A stretch of 64,000 nt of DNA from an uncultured Clostridia bacterium (GTDB lineage: Bacteria > Bacillota > Clostridia > Oscillospirales > Oscillospiraceae), in assembly GCA_946412355.1 (NCBI GenBank), contig CAMKGX010000004.1:476-64475 (forward strand). Direction: 5' to 3'. Below are positions 26,867-36,122 of the stretch, piece after piece; position 1 is the stretch's first letter; every line of letters begins with the position of its first letter. The translations under genes were made by a program, and so were the position numbers. Below the pieces are notes generated by a model. It was not told the DNA's origin and made no database searches. It saw nothing but the letters and a program-made list of their open reading frames with translations.

Positions 26867-29680
26867 ATGGACTACAAAAGCACCCTGAATATGCCCAAGA
26901 GCGGCTTCCCCATGCGGGCGGGCCTGCCCATGCGGGAGCCGGATATGCTTGCCCGCTGGCAGGAGATGGATTTGTACAATGAGCTTCTCAAGAAGAACGA
27001 GGGCAAGCCCCGCTTCTCCCTCCACGACGGCCCCCCGTTCTCCAACGGCAACATCCACATGGGCCACGCCCTCAATAAGGCCCTGAAGGACTTCATCGTC
27101 CGCAGCCACGCCATGCGGGGCTATTATACCCCCTACGTCCCCGGCTGGGACAACCACGGCATGCCCATCGAGAGCGCCATCATCAAGGAGCAGAAGCTGA
27201 ACCACAAGGCCATGTCCACCTCCGACTTCCGCAGCGCCTGCCACGACTACGCCGAGAAGTACATCCAGCTCCAGATGGCGGGCTTCAAGCGCATGGGCGT
27301 GGTGGCGGACTGGGAGCACCCCTACCGCACCATGGACAAGACCTTTGAGGCCCAGGAGGTGAAGGTCTTCGGCCAGATGTACAAAAAGGGCTACATCTAC
27401 AAGGGCCTGAAGCCGGTGTACTGGTGCCCCAAGGATGAAACGGCTCTGGCCGAGGCGGAGATCGAGTATCAGGACGACCCCTGCACCACCGTGTACGTGA
27501 AGTTCGCCATGGAAGACGATCAGGGCAAGCTGTCCCATCTGGACTGCGATAAGCTCTACTTCGTCATCTGGACCACCACCATCTGGACCCTGCCCGGCAA
27601 CCTGGCCATCGCCATGCATCCGGCGGAGGACTACGCCGTGGTGAAGGCCCCCAATGGCGAAATGTACATCATGGCCCTGGCCCTCACCGAAAAGGTGATG
27701 AAGATCGGCGGCTTTGAGAGCTGGGAGATCGTGGAGACCCATCCCGGCGCCTTCTATGAGAATATGCTGGCCCGCCATCCCTTCCTGCCCAAGACCTCCC
27801 GCCTGGTGCTGGCGGACTACGTCACCATGGACTCCGGTACCGGCTGCGTCCACACCGCCCCCGGCTTCGGCGCCGACGACTATCAGACCTGCATGCGCTA
27901 CGGCATGGACATGGTGGTGCCTGTGGACGACCAGGGCCGCCATACCGACTACGCCGGCAAGTACGCCGGCCTGCGCACCGAGGAGTCCAACCCCGTCATT
28001 CTGGCGGATATGAAGGCCAGCGGCGCCCTCTTTGCCAGCCAGGACATCGTCCACAGCTATCCCCACTGCTGGCGCTGCAAGCACCCCATCATCTTCCGGG
28101 CCACCCCCCAGTGGTTCTGCTCCGTGGAGTCCTTCAAGGACGATGCCACCGCCGCCTGCGACGACGTGCGCTGGCTGCCCGCCTGGGGCGAGGACCGCAT
28201 CAAGGCCATGATCGCCGAGCGCAAGGACTGGTGCATCAGCCGCCAGCGCCGGTGGGGCCTGCCCATCCCCGTGTTCTACTGCAAGTGCTGCGGCAAACCC
28301 GTCTGCACCGACGATACCATCCATTCCGTCTCCGCCGTGTTTGAGGAAAAGGGCTCCAATGCCTGGTTCGACCTGCCCGCCGCCGACTTGCTGCCCCAGG
28401 GCTTCACCTGCCCCCACTGCGGCAAGGCCGAGGGCTTCGACAAGGAGACCGACACCCTGGACGGCTGGTTCGACTCTGGCTCCAGCCACTTCTGCTCCAT
28501 GGAGCGTGACCAGCACTTCTGGCCCGCCGACGTGTATCTGGAGGGCGCCGATCAGTATCGCGGCTGGTTCCAGTCGTCCCTGCTCACTGCCGTGGGCGCC
28601 CTGGGCCGCACCGCGCCCTTCCGCCAGTGCCTGACCCACGGCTGGACGGTGGACGGCGAGGGCCGTGCCATGCACAAGTCCCTGGGCAACGGCGTGGACC
28701 CCAACGAGGTCATCAAGAAGTACGGCGCCGACCTGCTGCGCCTGTGGGCCGGCAGCGCCGACTACCGGGTGGATGTCCGCTGCAGCGACGATATCTTCAA
28801 GCAACTGAGCCAGAATTATTTGAAGTTCCGCAACACCTCCAAATTCTGCCTGGATAATCTGGTGGACTTCGACGCCAACGATCTGGTGTCCCCCGCTGAG
28901 ATGCTGCCCCTGGACCGCTGGGCCGTCACCCGCCTTAACGGCCTCATTGAGAAGGTCTTTGCCGCCTATGACGACTATGAGTTCCACACCATCACCCACG
29001 CCATCAACGATTTCTGCGTGGTGGATTTGAGCTCCTTCTACTTCGACGTCATCAAGGACCGCCTCTATTGCGATGAAAAGGAGGGCCTGTCCCGCCGCAG
29101 CGCCCAGACTGCCATCTGGATGATCCTGGACGCCATGACCCGGATGTTCGCCCCCATCCTGTCCTTCACCTGCGATGAAATCTGGCAGGCCATGCCCCAC
29201 AGAAGCGGCGACGACGGCCGCAACGTGCTGCTCAACGAGATGGTGGCCCCCTATACCACCTACGCCCTGAGCGCCGACGCCATGGCCGCCTGGGACGAGC
29301 TCCACCGCCTCCGGGACGACGTGAACAGCGCCCTGGAAAAGGCCCGCTCCGACAAGCGCATCGGCAAGGCGCTGGAGGCCCACGTCACGCTGCTCCGCGC
29401 CCCGGACGCCGCGGCCCTCTCCGCCGCCGGCCGTCCCACCGATGAGCTGGCCGATCTCTTCATCGTGTCCGACGTGGCGCTGGAGGAGGACGCCGCCCGC
29501 TTCGCCGCCGCCGAGCCCACCCGCTTCGAGGGCTGGCGGGTGGAGGTCAGCGAGGCCAAGGGCGACAAGTGCTGCCGCTGCTGGAAGCACCACGCCGCCG
29601 TGGGCAGCGACAGCCGCTACTCCGACCTGTGCCCGAGATGCGCCGCCGTGGTAGAGAAAATCCCCCAGATCGCGGAGTAA
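26867..29680 (+). CDS. ileS: Isoleucine--tRNA ligase (bacterial type 1)
   Basis: HDGPPFSNGNIHMGH (HIGH), GWDNHG, WCISRQRRWG, AMHKS (KMSKS variant), C-terminal CCRCW..CPRC zinc finger. Confidence 0.97.
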   Translation: MDYKSTLNMPKSGFPMRAGLPMREPDMLARWQEMDLYNELLKKNEGKPRFSLHDGPPFSNGNIHMGHALNKALKDFIVRSHAMRGYYTPYVPGWDNHGMPIESAIIKEQKLNHKAMSTSDFRSACHDYAEKYIQLQMAGFKRMGVVADWEHPYRTMDKTFEAQEVKVFGQMYKKGYIYKGLKPVYWCPKDETALAEAEIEYQDDPCTTVYVKFAMEDDQGKLSHLDCDKLYFVIWTTTIWTLPGNLAIAMHPAEDYAVVKAPNGEMYIMALALTEKVMKIGGFESWEIVETHPGAFYENMLARHPFLPKTSRLVLADYVTMDSGTGCVHTAPGFGADDYQTCMRYGMDMVVPVDDQGRHTDYAGKYAGLRTEESNPVILADMKASGALFASQDIVHSYPHCWRCKHPIIFRATPQWFCSVESFKDDATAACDDVRWLPAWGEDRIKAMIAERKDWCISRQRRWGLPIPVFYCKCCGKPVCTDDTIHSVSAVFEEKGSNAWFDLPAADLLPQGFTCPHCGKAEGFDKETDTLDGWFDSGSSHFCSMERDQHFWPADVYLEGADQYRGWFQSSLLTAVGALGRTAPFRQCLTHGWTVDGEGRAMHKSLGNGVDPNEVIKKYGADLLRLWAGSADYRVDVRCSDDIFKQLSQNYLKFRNTSKFCLDNLVDFDANDLVSPAEMLPLDRWAVTRLNGLIEKVFAAYDDYEFHTITHAINDFCVVDLSSFYFDVIKDRLYCDEKEGLSRRSAQTAIWMILDAMTRMFAPILSFTCDEIWQAMPHRSGDDGRNVLLNEMVAPYTTYALSADAMAAWDELHRLRDDVNSALEKARSDKRIGKALEAHVTLLRAPDAAALSAAGRPTDELADLFIVSDVALEEDAARFAAAEPTRFEGWRVEVSEAKGDKCCRCWKHHAAVGSDSRYSDLCPRCAAVVEKIPQIAE

Positions 29681-29708
29681 AAGAGCAGTTATTACCCTGA
29701 ATAGTTAT

Positions 29709-29742
29709 AAAAAATCCCGCTCCACCCGGAGCGGGATTCTTT
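29709..29742 (+). terminator. Intrinsic terminator
   Basis: AAAAATCCCGCTCC-ACCC-GGAGCGGGATTCTTT. Confidence 0.75.
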
Positions 29743-29754
29743 ATTCGTACCCGG

Positions 29755-29818
29755 CCTTCCCCTCGGGGGGAAGGTGGCACGGCCTGTAAAGGCCGTGACG
29801 GATGAGGGGGCGACGACC
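29755..29818. repeat. CCTTCCC-GGGAAGGTGG...GGATGAGGGGG dispersed repeat
   Basis: Near-copy of 1419-1483 and of 32052-32106. Confidence 0.7.
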
Positions 29819-29910
29819 GCCAACGCCGGATGAATGGTATGCGGAAACGAAAAACATGGGTAGGGGCGGAGATGCCCTCCGCCCCTACGGTTTTTTACTT
29901 TACCGGCCTC

Positions 29911-30621
29911 TCAATACTTCCACCCGCGGCTCTCCTCGTGGAACTCCGCCACCCGCTTGCGGTAGCTGTCCATGGCGGCGTCCTCAAAGGCCAGGGTGTC
30001 GTCCAATCCCAGACGGCGCAGCAGCCATTTGGTCAGCGGCGGGTTAAGAATCAGCAGCGGCCCAATGAGACTGGTGGCCATCAGGCCGCCCCGGCGGAAG
30101 CCCTCGGCGGCGGTGGCGCCGTCCCGGCCCACGCCCCGGACGGCCCGGAACCACGCCTCCGCGTCCCCGGCGCCCTGGATATGGCCGAACAGGGACTTGA
30201 AGCCCACGATCTCCATATCGGCAAAGGTGCCCAGGAAAAAGCTGTTGTGCCGCTGCATCATCCGGTATTTCGCCTGCCCCGGCACCAGCCCCAGGCCGGT
30301 AATGGCCAGGCCGCTGTCGCTGCGGATGCCCTCCGTCAGCATATCCACCGCGTTGCCCACGGCCAAAAACCGTTGTCCCGCGTCGATTTTGGCGGCAATT
30401 TCCTCCCGCCAGGGCATGAGGGCCTCCGTGGCCAGCTTGAGGCCCTGCTCCGTGGTGCTGCCCATAAACACCAGGCCAATGTCCTCGCTTAAAAACCGGG
30501 GCTTCGTGTGCAAGTCCGTCTCCACGATGGTAAGCTGGGGGCAGCAGGCTTTCAGATACCGCACGTTGGCCAGGTCGCCGTACAGGTTGCACACCTCGCT
30601 GAACAATACTTCGATTTTCAC
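29911..30621 (-). CDS. gatD: GatD-like (CobQ-type) glutamine amidotransferase homologue with degenerate active site
   Basis: NLYGD..N N-terminal motif, GLGL, EIVGF, GPLL..NP; GTGA overlap with murT. Confidence 0.8.
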   Translation of the reverse strand: MKIEVLFSEVCNLYGDLANVRYLKACCPQLTIVETDLHTKPRFLSEDIGLVFMGSTTEQGLKLATEALMPWREEIAAKIDAGQRFLAVGNAVDMLTEGIRSDSGLAITGLGLVPGQAKYRMMQRHNSFFLGTFADMEIVGFKSLFGHIQGAGDAEAWFRAVRGVGRDGATAAEGFRRGGLMATSLIGPLLILNPPLTKWLLRRLGLDDTLAFEDAAMDSYRKRVAEFHEESRGWKY

Positions 30622-31997
30622 GCCGCGCCGCCCCCTTTCTCCAGGAGATTCTTCAAATGGGCCTTCACCCGGAAGGCCAGCGGCATGCCGTCCACGCCGT
30701 AGAGAATGTAGACCTGATGGCCGGGCTTGCGCTGCAGCCGCTCCGCCGCCCGGAACTCGTCCTCCTCCACGGTGATCTTCTCCTCGGGGATGCCCGCCAG
30801 CAGCAGCCGCAGCTTATAGTCCCTGGCTCTCGGCCCGGCGCACACCAGCTGCACCACGTCATCCCGGTTCAGGAATTCAAAGTCGGTGTCGTACATCCAA
30901 CTGGGGTTTTCCGACCAGTTTTTGGCCACGCCCATGCAGTTCATCATCACCAGCAGCTCCTTGTCCCCCGCCGTGTGGCGGATGGCGTCGAAGTTGCGGC
31001 TGCAGGCCAGGGCATTTTTGTCCTTGGACATCTGCATGATGATGTCCACGCCGCCCACCGTCTCCCGGCTCAGCCGGGTGGAGAGGATGGCGGTGTGGTC
31101 AAAGCCCTCCCGGATCTCCTCATGGGTGAGGCCCAGCTGGCGCAGGGCGGCAATCACCGTCACCATATTGTAAATATTGTGTACGCCGTCGGCAATGAGG
31201 CGGTAATCGTAATCCTGCCCCGCCTCGGTGAGGGCCATGGTGCCCGATGCCACGTCCACATCGTGGGCGAAATAGTCCGCCGCCGGGGAGGCGAAGCCGC
31301 AGCTTTCGCACACCGCGTGGCCGATGTGGTGGTAGCGGCGGTAGTCGTACCGCAGCTTCCCGGCGCAGCGGGGGCAGATGCGCATATCGTTCAGCAGGTT
31401 TTCGCACTCCTGCACGTCGCCCTCCATGGGCCCGATGGCGAAATAGACCCGGTCATTTTCCGGGGCCACCGTGGCGGAGATGAGGTCGTCGGCGTTGAGG
31501 ATGAGCTTGCTCTCCCTGGGGAAGTTAGCGGTCAGAATGTCGGCGATATAGCCGGGGTGGGCGTTGCGCATGATGCTGTCCCGGAACAGGTTGGTCACCA
31601 CGATATAGTCCGGCTTCACGTAGGGGTAAATCCGGGGGGCGGAGCGCTCGTCGATTTCCAGCACCGCCATGTCGCATTTCGTCCGCCCCAGCAGGTCGCT
31701 GCCGTAGATAAAGGCGGTGCTGACGCCGCTGGCAATGTTGGACCCGGCCCGATTGGTCAGCAGCCGGTGGCCCCGGCGCTCCAAAATGTCCTCCAGCATA
31801 TTGGCCACGGTGGTCTTGCCGTTGGTGCCCGTCACCGCGATCATTTTCGGCGGCCGGGGCACATAGCGCAAAAAGTCGGGGCACAGCTTCAGCGCCAGCG
31901 CGCCGGGAAAGTCCGTGCCGTTGTGATGGGTGATTTTCAGCGCCGGAATGGACAGCTTCGCCGCCCACAGCGCCAGTAAAAACCGTGCTTTACCCAT
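30618..31997 (-). CDS. murT: MurT-like Mur ligase (DUF1727) subunit
   Basis: VTGTNGKTT, NRAGSN, LEIDE, NLFRD, Cys4 finger CPRC..CESC, SWMYDTDFE. Confidence 0.85.
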   Translation of the reverse strand: MGKARFLLALWAAKLSIPALKITHHNGTDFPGALALKLCPDFLRYVPRPPKMIAVTGTNGKTTVANMLEDILERRGHRLLTNRAGSNIASGVSTAFIYGSDLLGRTKCDMAVLEIDERSAPRIYPYVKPDYIVVTNLFRDSIMRNAHPGYIADILTANFPRESKLILNADDLISATVAPENDRVYFAIGPMEGDVQECENLLNDMRICPRCAGKLRYDYRRYHHIGHAVCESCGFASPAADYFAHDVDVASGTMALTEAGQDYDYRLIADGVHNIYNMVTVIAALRQLGLTHEEIREGFDHTAILSTRLSRETVGGVDIIMQMSKDKNALACSRNFDAIRHTAGDKELLVMMNCMGVAKNWSENPSWMYDTDFEFLNRDDVVQLVCAGPRARDYKLRLLLAGIPEEKITVEEDEFRAAERLQRKPGHQVYILYGVDGMPLAFRVKAHLKNLLEKGGGAA

Positions 31998-32051
31998 GGT
32001 GGGTTCCTCCTTGGTCTATCATCACAAAAAACGTGAAAAAACAAACAAAAC

Positions 32052-32307
32052 GCCTTCTCCTCGGGGAGAAGGTGCCCCAGTGCGCACACTGGGGCGGATG
32101 AGGGGGCGTGCGGGCACAGCGCCGCCTGTGGCGGATGAAGCGTGCCCGCCGCAAGGCAGCGGCCCGATTTTCACGGCCCGAAGGGCCTGGAAATCGGTTT
32201 GCCGCAACGAGAGCACGAGGCAGCCTGCCCCGCCGTATGAGGGGGCGACAACCGCCCCGCCGGATGGGGGGCGCGATAACCGCCCCGCCGGATGAGGGGG
32301 CCACAGC
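32052..32307. repeat. CCTTCTCC repeat plus three 27-28 bp tandem units
   Basis: CCTTCTCCTCGGGGAGAAGGTG..GGATGAGGGGG; GCCCCGCCG(G/T)ATG(A/G)GGGGG units starting at 32226, 32253 and 32281. Confidence 0.7.
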
Positions 32308-32321
32308 CGAAGCGCCGCCCC

Positions 32322-34190
32322 TCAGCGTTTTTCCAAATAAATCATCAGCGCGGCGATGTCCGCCGGGCTCACCCCGGACACACGCCCGGCCTGCCCCAGG
32401 TTCCGGGGCTGCACCAGGGCCAATTTCTCCCGTGCCTCCAGCCGCAGGCCCTGGATGGCGCTGTAATCGGTGTTCTGGGGGATCAGATGCTTTTCCAGGT
32501 TGGCGAAGTCCTCCACCTGCCGGAGCTGCCGGCGGATGTAGCCCTCGTATTTCACCGTGATCTCCACCTGCTCCGCCTCCGCCGCCGTCAACTGTGCCGG
32601 GGCGGGGTCAAAGGGCCGCAGGTCGGCGTAGGACAGCTCCGGCCGCCGCAGCAGGTCGATGAGCCGGGCCCCGTCGGTGAGGGGCGCCGTGCCCCGCCGG
32701 GCCAGCAGACTGTTGATCACCGCCGAGGCCGCCACGCCGGTGTGTGAAAGGCGCTGTATCTCCCGCTCCACGGCGGCGTATTTCGCCTCCACCGCCGCCA
32801 TCTGCCCGTCGCTGACCAGGCCCAGGGCGTGGCCGATGGGCATCAGCCGCCGGTCGGCGTTGTCCTGGCGCAGCAGCAGCCGGTATTCGCTGCGGCTGGT
32901 CATCATCCGGTAGGGCTCCTGGGTGCCCTTGGTCACCAGGTCGTCAATCAGCGTGCCGATGTAGCTTTCGCTGCGCTTGAGAACAAGCGGCTCCCTGCCC
33001 AGGAGGGCCAGCGCCGCGTTGACGCCCGCCACAAAGCCCTGCACCGCCGCCTCCTCGTAGCCGCTGGAGCCGTTGAACTGCCCCGCGCCGTAGAGCCCCG
33101 CCACCGCCTTTGTCTCCAGGGTGGGCTTCAGGGCCAGGGGGTCGATGCAGTCGTACTCGATGGCGTAGGCGGGCCGCTGCATCACGGCCTTTTCCAGCCC
33201 CGGCACGGTGTGCAGCATCTGAATCTGCACCTCCTCCGGCAGGGAGGAGGAGAAGCCCTGCACGTATAATTCCTCGGTGTCCAGCCCCATGGGCTCGATG
33301 AACAGCTGGTGCCGGGGCTTGTCGACAAACCGCACCACCTTCGTCTCAATGGAGGGGCAGTACCGCGGCCCCACGCCGTCGATGACGCCGGTGTAAATGG
33401 GGCTGCGGTCTAAATTCTCCCGGATAATCTGGTGGGTGCGCTCGTTGGTGTAGGTGAGGTAGCACACCGCCCGGTTCTCCGGCGTCTCCCGGGTGGAGAA
33501 GCTGAAGGGGAGGGGGTGTTCGTCCCCGGTCTGGACCTCCATTTTGGAAAAGTCCACCGTCCGGGCGTTGATGCGGGGCGGCGTCCCGGTTTTGAACCGC
33601 CGCAATGGCAGCCCCATGGCAAGCAGCGAGTCGGTGAGGGCGGTGGCGGCGTGCATACCGTCGGGGCCGGATTCCTCAATGCATTCCCCGATGATGGTGC
33701 GGCCCCGGAGATACGTGCCTGAGGCGATGATGACCGCTTTGGCCTCGTACACGGCCCCTGTCCGCAGCACCACCCGGCGCACCCGGCCCTCCTCCGCCTC
33801 GATGGCCACCACCTCGCCCTGGCGCACCGTCAGGCGCTCCTGCCGCTCCAGCGTGGCCTTCATAATCCGCTGGTACTCCCGCCGGTCGGCCTGGGCCCGC
33901 AGCGACCACACCGCCGGCCCCTTGCCCCGGTTCAGCATCCGGTACTGGATGCAGGCCCGGTCGGCGGCCTTGGCCATCTCGCCGCCCAGGGCGTCCAGCT
34001 CCCGCACCAGATGGCCCTTGCCGGTGCCGCCGATGGCGGGGTTGCAGGGCATGTTGCCCACGGCGTCCAGGTTGATGGTGAACACAATGGTGTCCAGGCC
34101 CATCCGGGCCGCCGCCAGCGCCGCTTCAATGCCGGCGTGGCCCGCGCCGATGACCGCAATATCCACCTGTCCTGCCAAAAACCGCTCCAT
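32322..34190 (-). CDS. mnmG: tRNA uridine-5-carboxymethylaminomethyl(34) synthesis enzyme MnmG
   Basis: [61 protein letters not shown]. Confidence 0.97.
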   Translation of the reverse strand: MERFLAGQVDIAVIGAGHAGIEAALAAARMGLDTIVFTINLDAVGNMPCNPAIGGTGKGHLVRELDALGGEMAKAADRACIQYRMLNRGKGPAVWSLRAQADRREYQRIMKATLERQERLTVRQGEVVAIEAEEGRVRRVVLRTGAVYEAKAVIIASGTYLRGRTIIGECIEESGPDGMHAATALTDSLLAMGLPLRRFKTGTPPRINARTVDFSKMEVQTGDEHPLPFSFSTRETPENRAVCYLTYTNERTHQIIRENLDRSPIYTGVIDGVGPRYCPSIETKVVRFVDKPRHQLFIEPMGLDTEELYVQGFSSSLPEEVQIQMLHTVPGLEKAVMQRPAYAIEYDCIDPLALKPTLETKAVAGLYGAGQFNGSSGYEEAAVQGFVAGVNAALALLGREPLVLKRSESYIGTLIDDLVTKGTQEPYRMMTSRSEYRLLLRQDNADRRLMPIGHALGLVSDGQMAAVEAKYAAVEREIQRLSHTGVAASAVINSLLARRGTAPLTDGARLIDLLRRPELSYADLRPFDPAPAQLTAAEAEQVEITVKYEGYIRRQLRQVEDFANLEKHLIPQNTDYSAIQGLRLEAREKLALVQPRNLGQAGRVSGVSPADIAALMIYLEKR

Positions 34191-34515
34191 GGCGCCACCT
34201 CGTTTCTCTGTCTAACCCCATTATTATACCCATTTTTTCCGTAAAGGCAAGAAACTTGTAGCCCCCGCCAAAAGCGGCCCGGAAAAATCAGCATATTGCA
34301 CAGGAACGCCCCGCCCCGCCGATGCATAGAATGCCCCATTAGCCATGAAAAGGGAAGGGGGGCAGCAGAAATGGAAGAGCGCAGACCCGACCGTGGCGAC
34401 GTGGACGACATGATTTTCGCCGGGGAGGAATGGCACCCCAGCGAACGATAGGGGAGGGCGCCGTTTCTCACATGAAAATGCCCCAAAATGGCGTCGCCAT
34501 TTTGGGGCAAAGGTC

Positions 34516-34866
34516 TTATTCCCGGTTGGCCGTGGCCACCACGTCCACGCCGGTGCCGCACACGTCGGCGATCACCACGTCGCCGATGTGGAGGGGCGCG
34601 GCGGGCCGGGCCTTGTTAAAGGCGTCCGCCACGTCGAACATCTTGGCCTTGGGCACGTCCGTCCGTGTCCGCACGGAGATCACCCGGCCGTCCGCCATGC
34701 GCACGGTGCCGGTGATGGTGCGCATAGGCGCCACGCACTCCTTCCGGGCGTAGTCGTCGCCCCGCTTGCAGGTGTTGCCCGTCACGGTCGTCACTACGCC
34801 GTTTTCGATGGTGGCGGTAAGCTGGCAGCCCATGGGGCAGCCGATGCAGGTCAGTTGTCTCGTCAT
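34516..34866 (-). CDS. DUF1667 small Cys-rich (Fe-S-like) subunit
   Basis: TCIGCPMGC, GNTCKRG; ATGA overlap with the upstream gene. Confidence 0.88.
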   Translation of the reverse strand: MTRQLTCIGCPMGCQLTATIENGVVTTVTGNTCKRGDDYARKECVAPMRTITGTVRMADGRVISVRTRTDVPKAKMFDVADAFNKARPAAPLHIGDVVIADVCGTGVDVVATANRE

Positions 34867-36122
34867 TGTGCCGCCTCCTCTACGGTAAAGGTGATGGTGT
34901 CGCAGTCCGCGGGGATGTCCGCCTTGCGGATGGGGAAGCTCTCCATCTCGCCGGGGGTCAATATCCGCTTGGGGATGCGGCGCAGCAGCTTGTCCCCCGC
35001 CCAGGCGCACAGCGCCGCGCCCCGGTAGGGCTGGCCCACCCGGAACCGGACGGTGACGGTGTCGGCCATGGCATCGGCGTCAATGTGCTGGGGCACGGTG
35101 TAGCGCACGCCGTTTTTGCCCCGCAGGGCCACGGTGCGGCCGGCGCTGCGGCGGTGCAGCACGTATTCCGCCGCGCTGCGGCCCGCCCGGCCCGCCTCCT
35201 CGCTGACGAAGTCCACCAGGTCGTGTACGTGGAGCACGTTGCCGCAGGCGAACACGCCGGGGAGGGAGGTGGAAAGGTCGTCCCCCACCACCGGCCCGCC
35301 GGTGACACCGTCCAGCGCCACCCCGGCGCTGAGGCTCAATTCATTCTCCGGCAGCAGACCCACGCTCAGCAGCAGCGTGTCGCAGGGAATGACCTGCTCC
35401 GTGCCGGGGATGGGCTTGCGCCGCCCGTCTACCTTGGCCAGTGTCACGCTCTCGATGTGGCCCTGGCCCTGGATGTCCACCACCGTGGTGGACAGCAGCA
35501 GGGGAATGTTGAAGTCGTCCAGACACTGGACGATGTTCCGCTTCAATCCGCCGGAATAGGGCATCACCTCTGCTACGGCGTGGACCTTGGCCCCCTCCAG
35601 CGTCATGCGGCGGGCCATGATGAGGCCGATGTCGCCGCTGCCCAGGATGACCACGTCACGGCCGGGCAGATAGCCCTCCAGGTTCACCAGCCGCTGGGCG
35701 GTGCCGGCGCTGTAAATGCCGGCGGGCCGTGTGCCGGGGATGTTCAGCGCGCCACGGGGCCGCTCCCGGCAGCCCATGGCCAGCACGATGGCCTCGGCCT
35801 GGATCTGAATGAGCCCCGTCTCCCGCCCGGTGACGGTCAATACCTTATTTTCATTGATGTCCAGCACCATGGTGCCCAATAGGTAGGGGATTTTCATATC
35901 CTCCACCCGGTCGATGAACCGCTGGGCGTACTCCGGGCCCGTCAGCTCCTGGCCGAAGGTGTGGAGGCCGAAGCCGGCGTGGATGCACTGGCCCAGGATA
36001 CCGCCCAGCGCCTCGCCCCGCTCGATGATGAGAATGTCCTGCAAGCCCGCCTCCCGGGCGGCGATGGCGGCTGCCAGCCCCGCGGGGCCGCCGCCTACGA
36101 TAGCCAGTTGTACCTTCTTCAT
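34863..36122 (-). CDS. NAD(P)/FAD-dependent oxidoreductase (thioredoxin-reductase-like)
   Basis: GGGPAGL, GGILGQCIHAGFG, MGCRER, GSGDIG, CGNVLHVHDLVD. Confidence 0.9.
   Translation of the reverse strand: MKKVQLAIVGGGPAGLAAAIAAREAGLQDILIIERGEALGGILGQCIHAGFGLHTFGQELTGPEYAQRFIDRVEDMKIPYLLGTMVLDINENKVLTVTGRETGLIQIQAEAIVLAMGCRERPRGALNIPGTRPAGIYSAGTAQRLVNLEGYLPGRDVVILGSGDIGLIMARRMTLEGAKVHAVAEVMPYSGGLKRNIVQCLDDFNIPLLLSTTVVDIQGQGHIESVTLAKVDGRRKPIPGTEQVIPCDTLLLSVGLLPENELSLSAGVALDGVTGGPVVGDDLSTSLPGVFACGNVLHVHDLVDFVSEEAGRAGRSAAEYVLHRRSAGRTVALRGKNGVRYTVPQHIDADAMADTVTVRFRVGQPYRGAALCAWAGDKLLRRIPKRILTPGEMESFPIRKADIPADCDTITFTVEEAAQ

Noticed and set aside
28660-28690. IleRS KMSKS motif reads AMHKS
   Set aside because: The catalytic second Lys is kept and the gene is otherwise canonical with an Ile T-box; treated as lineage variation.
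34371-34451. 26-codon ORF MEERRPDRGDVDDMIFAGEEWHPSER
   Set aside because: Only a loose purine-rich RBS, no recognisable promoter or family; cannot be supported from sequence alone.
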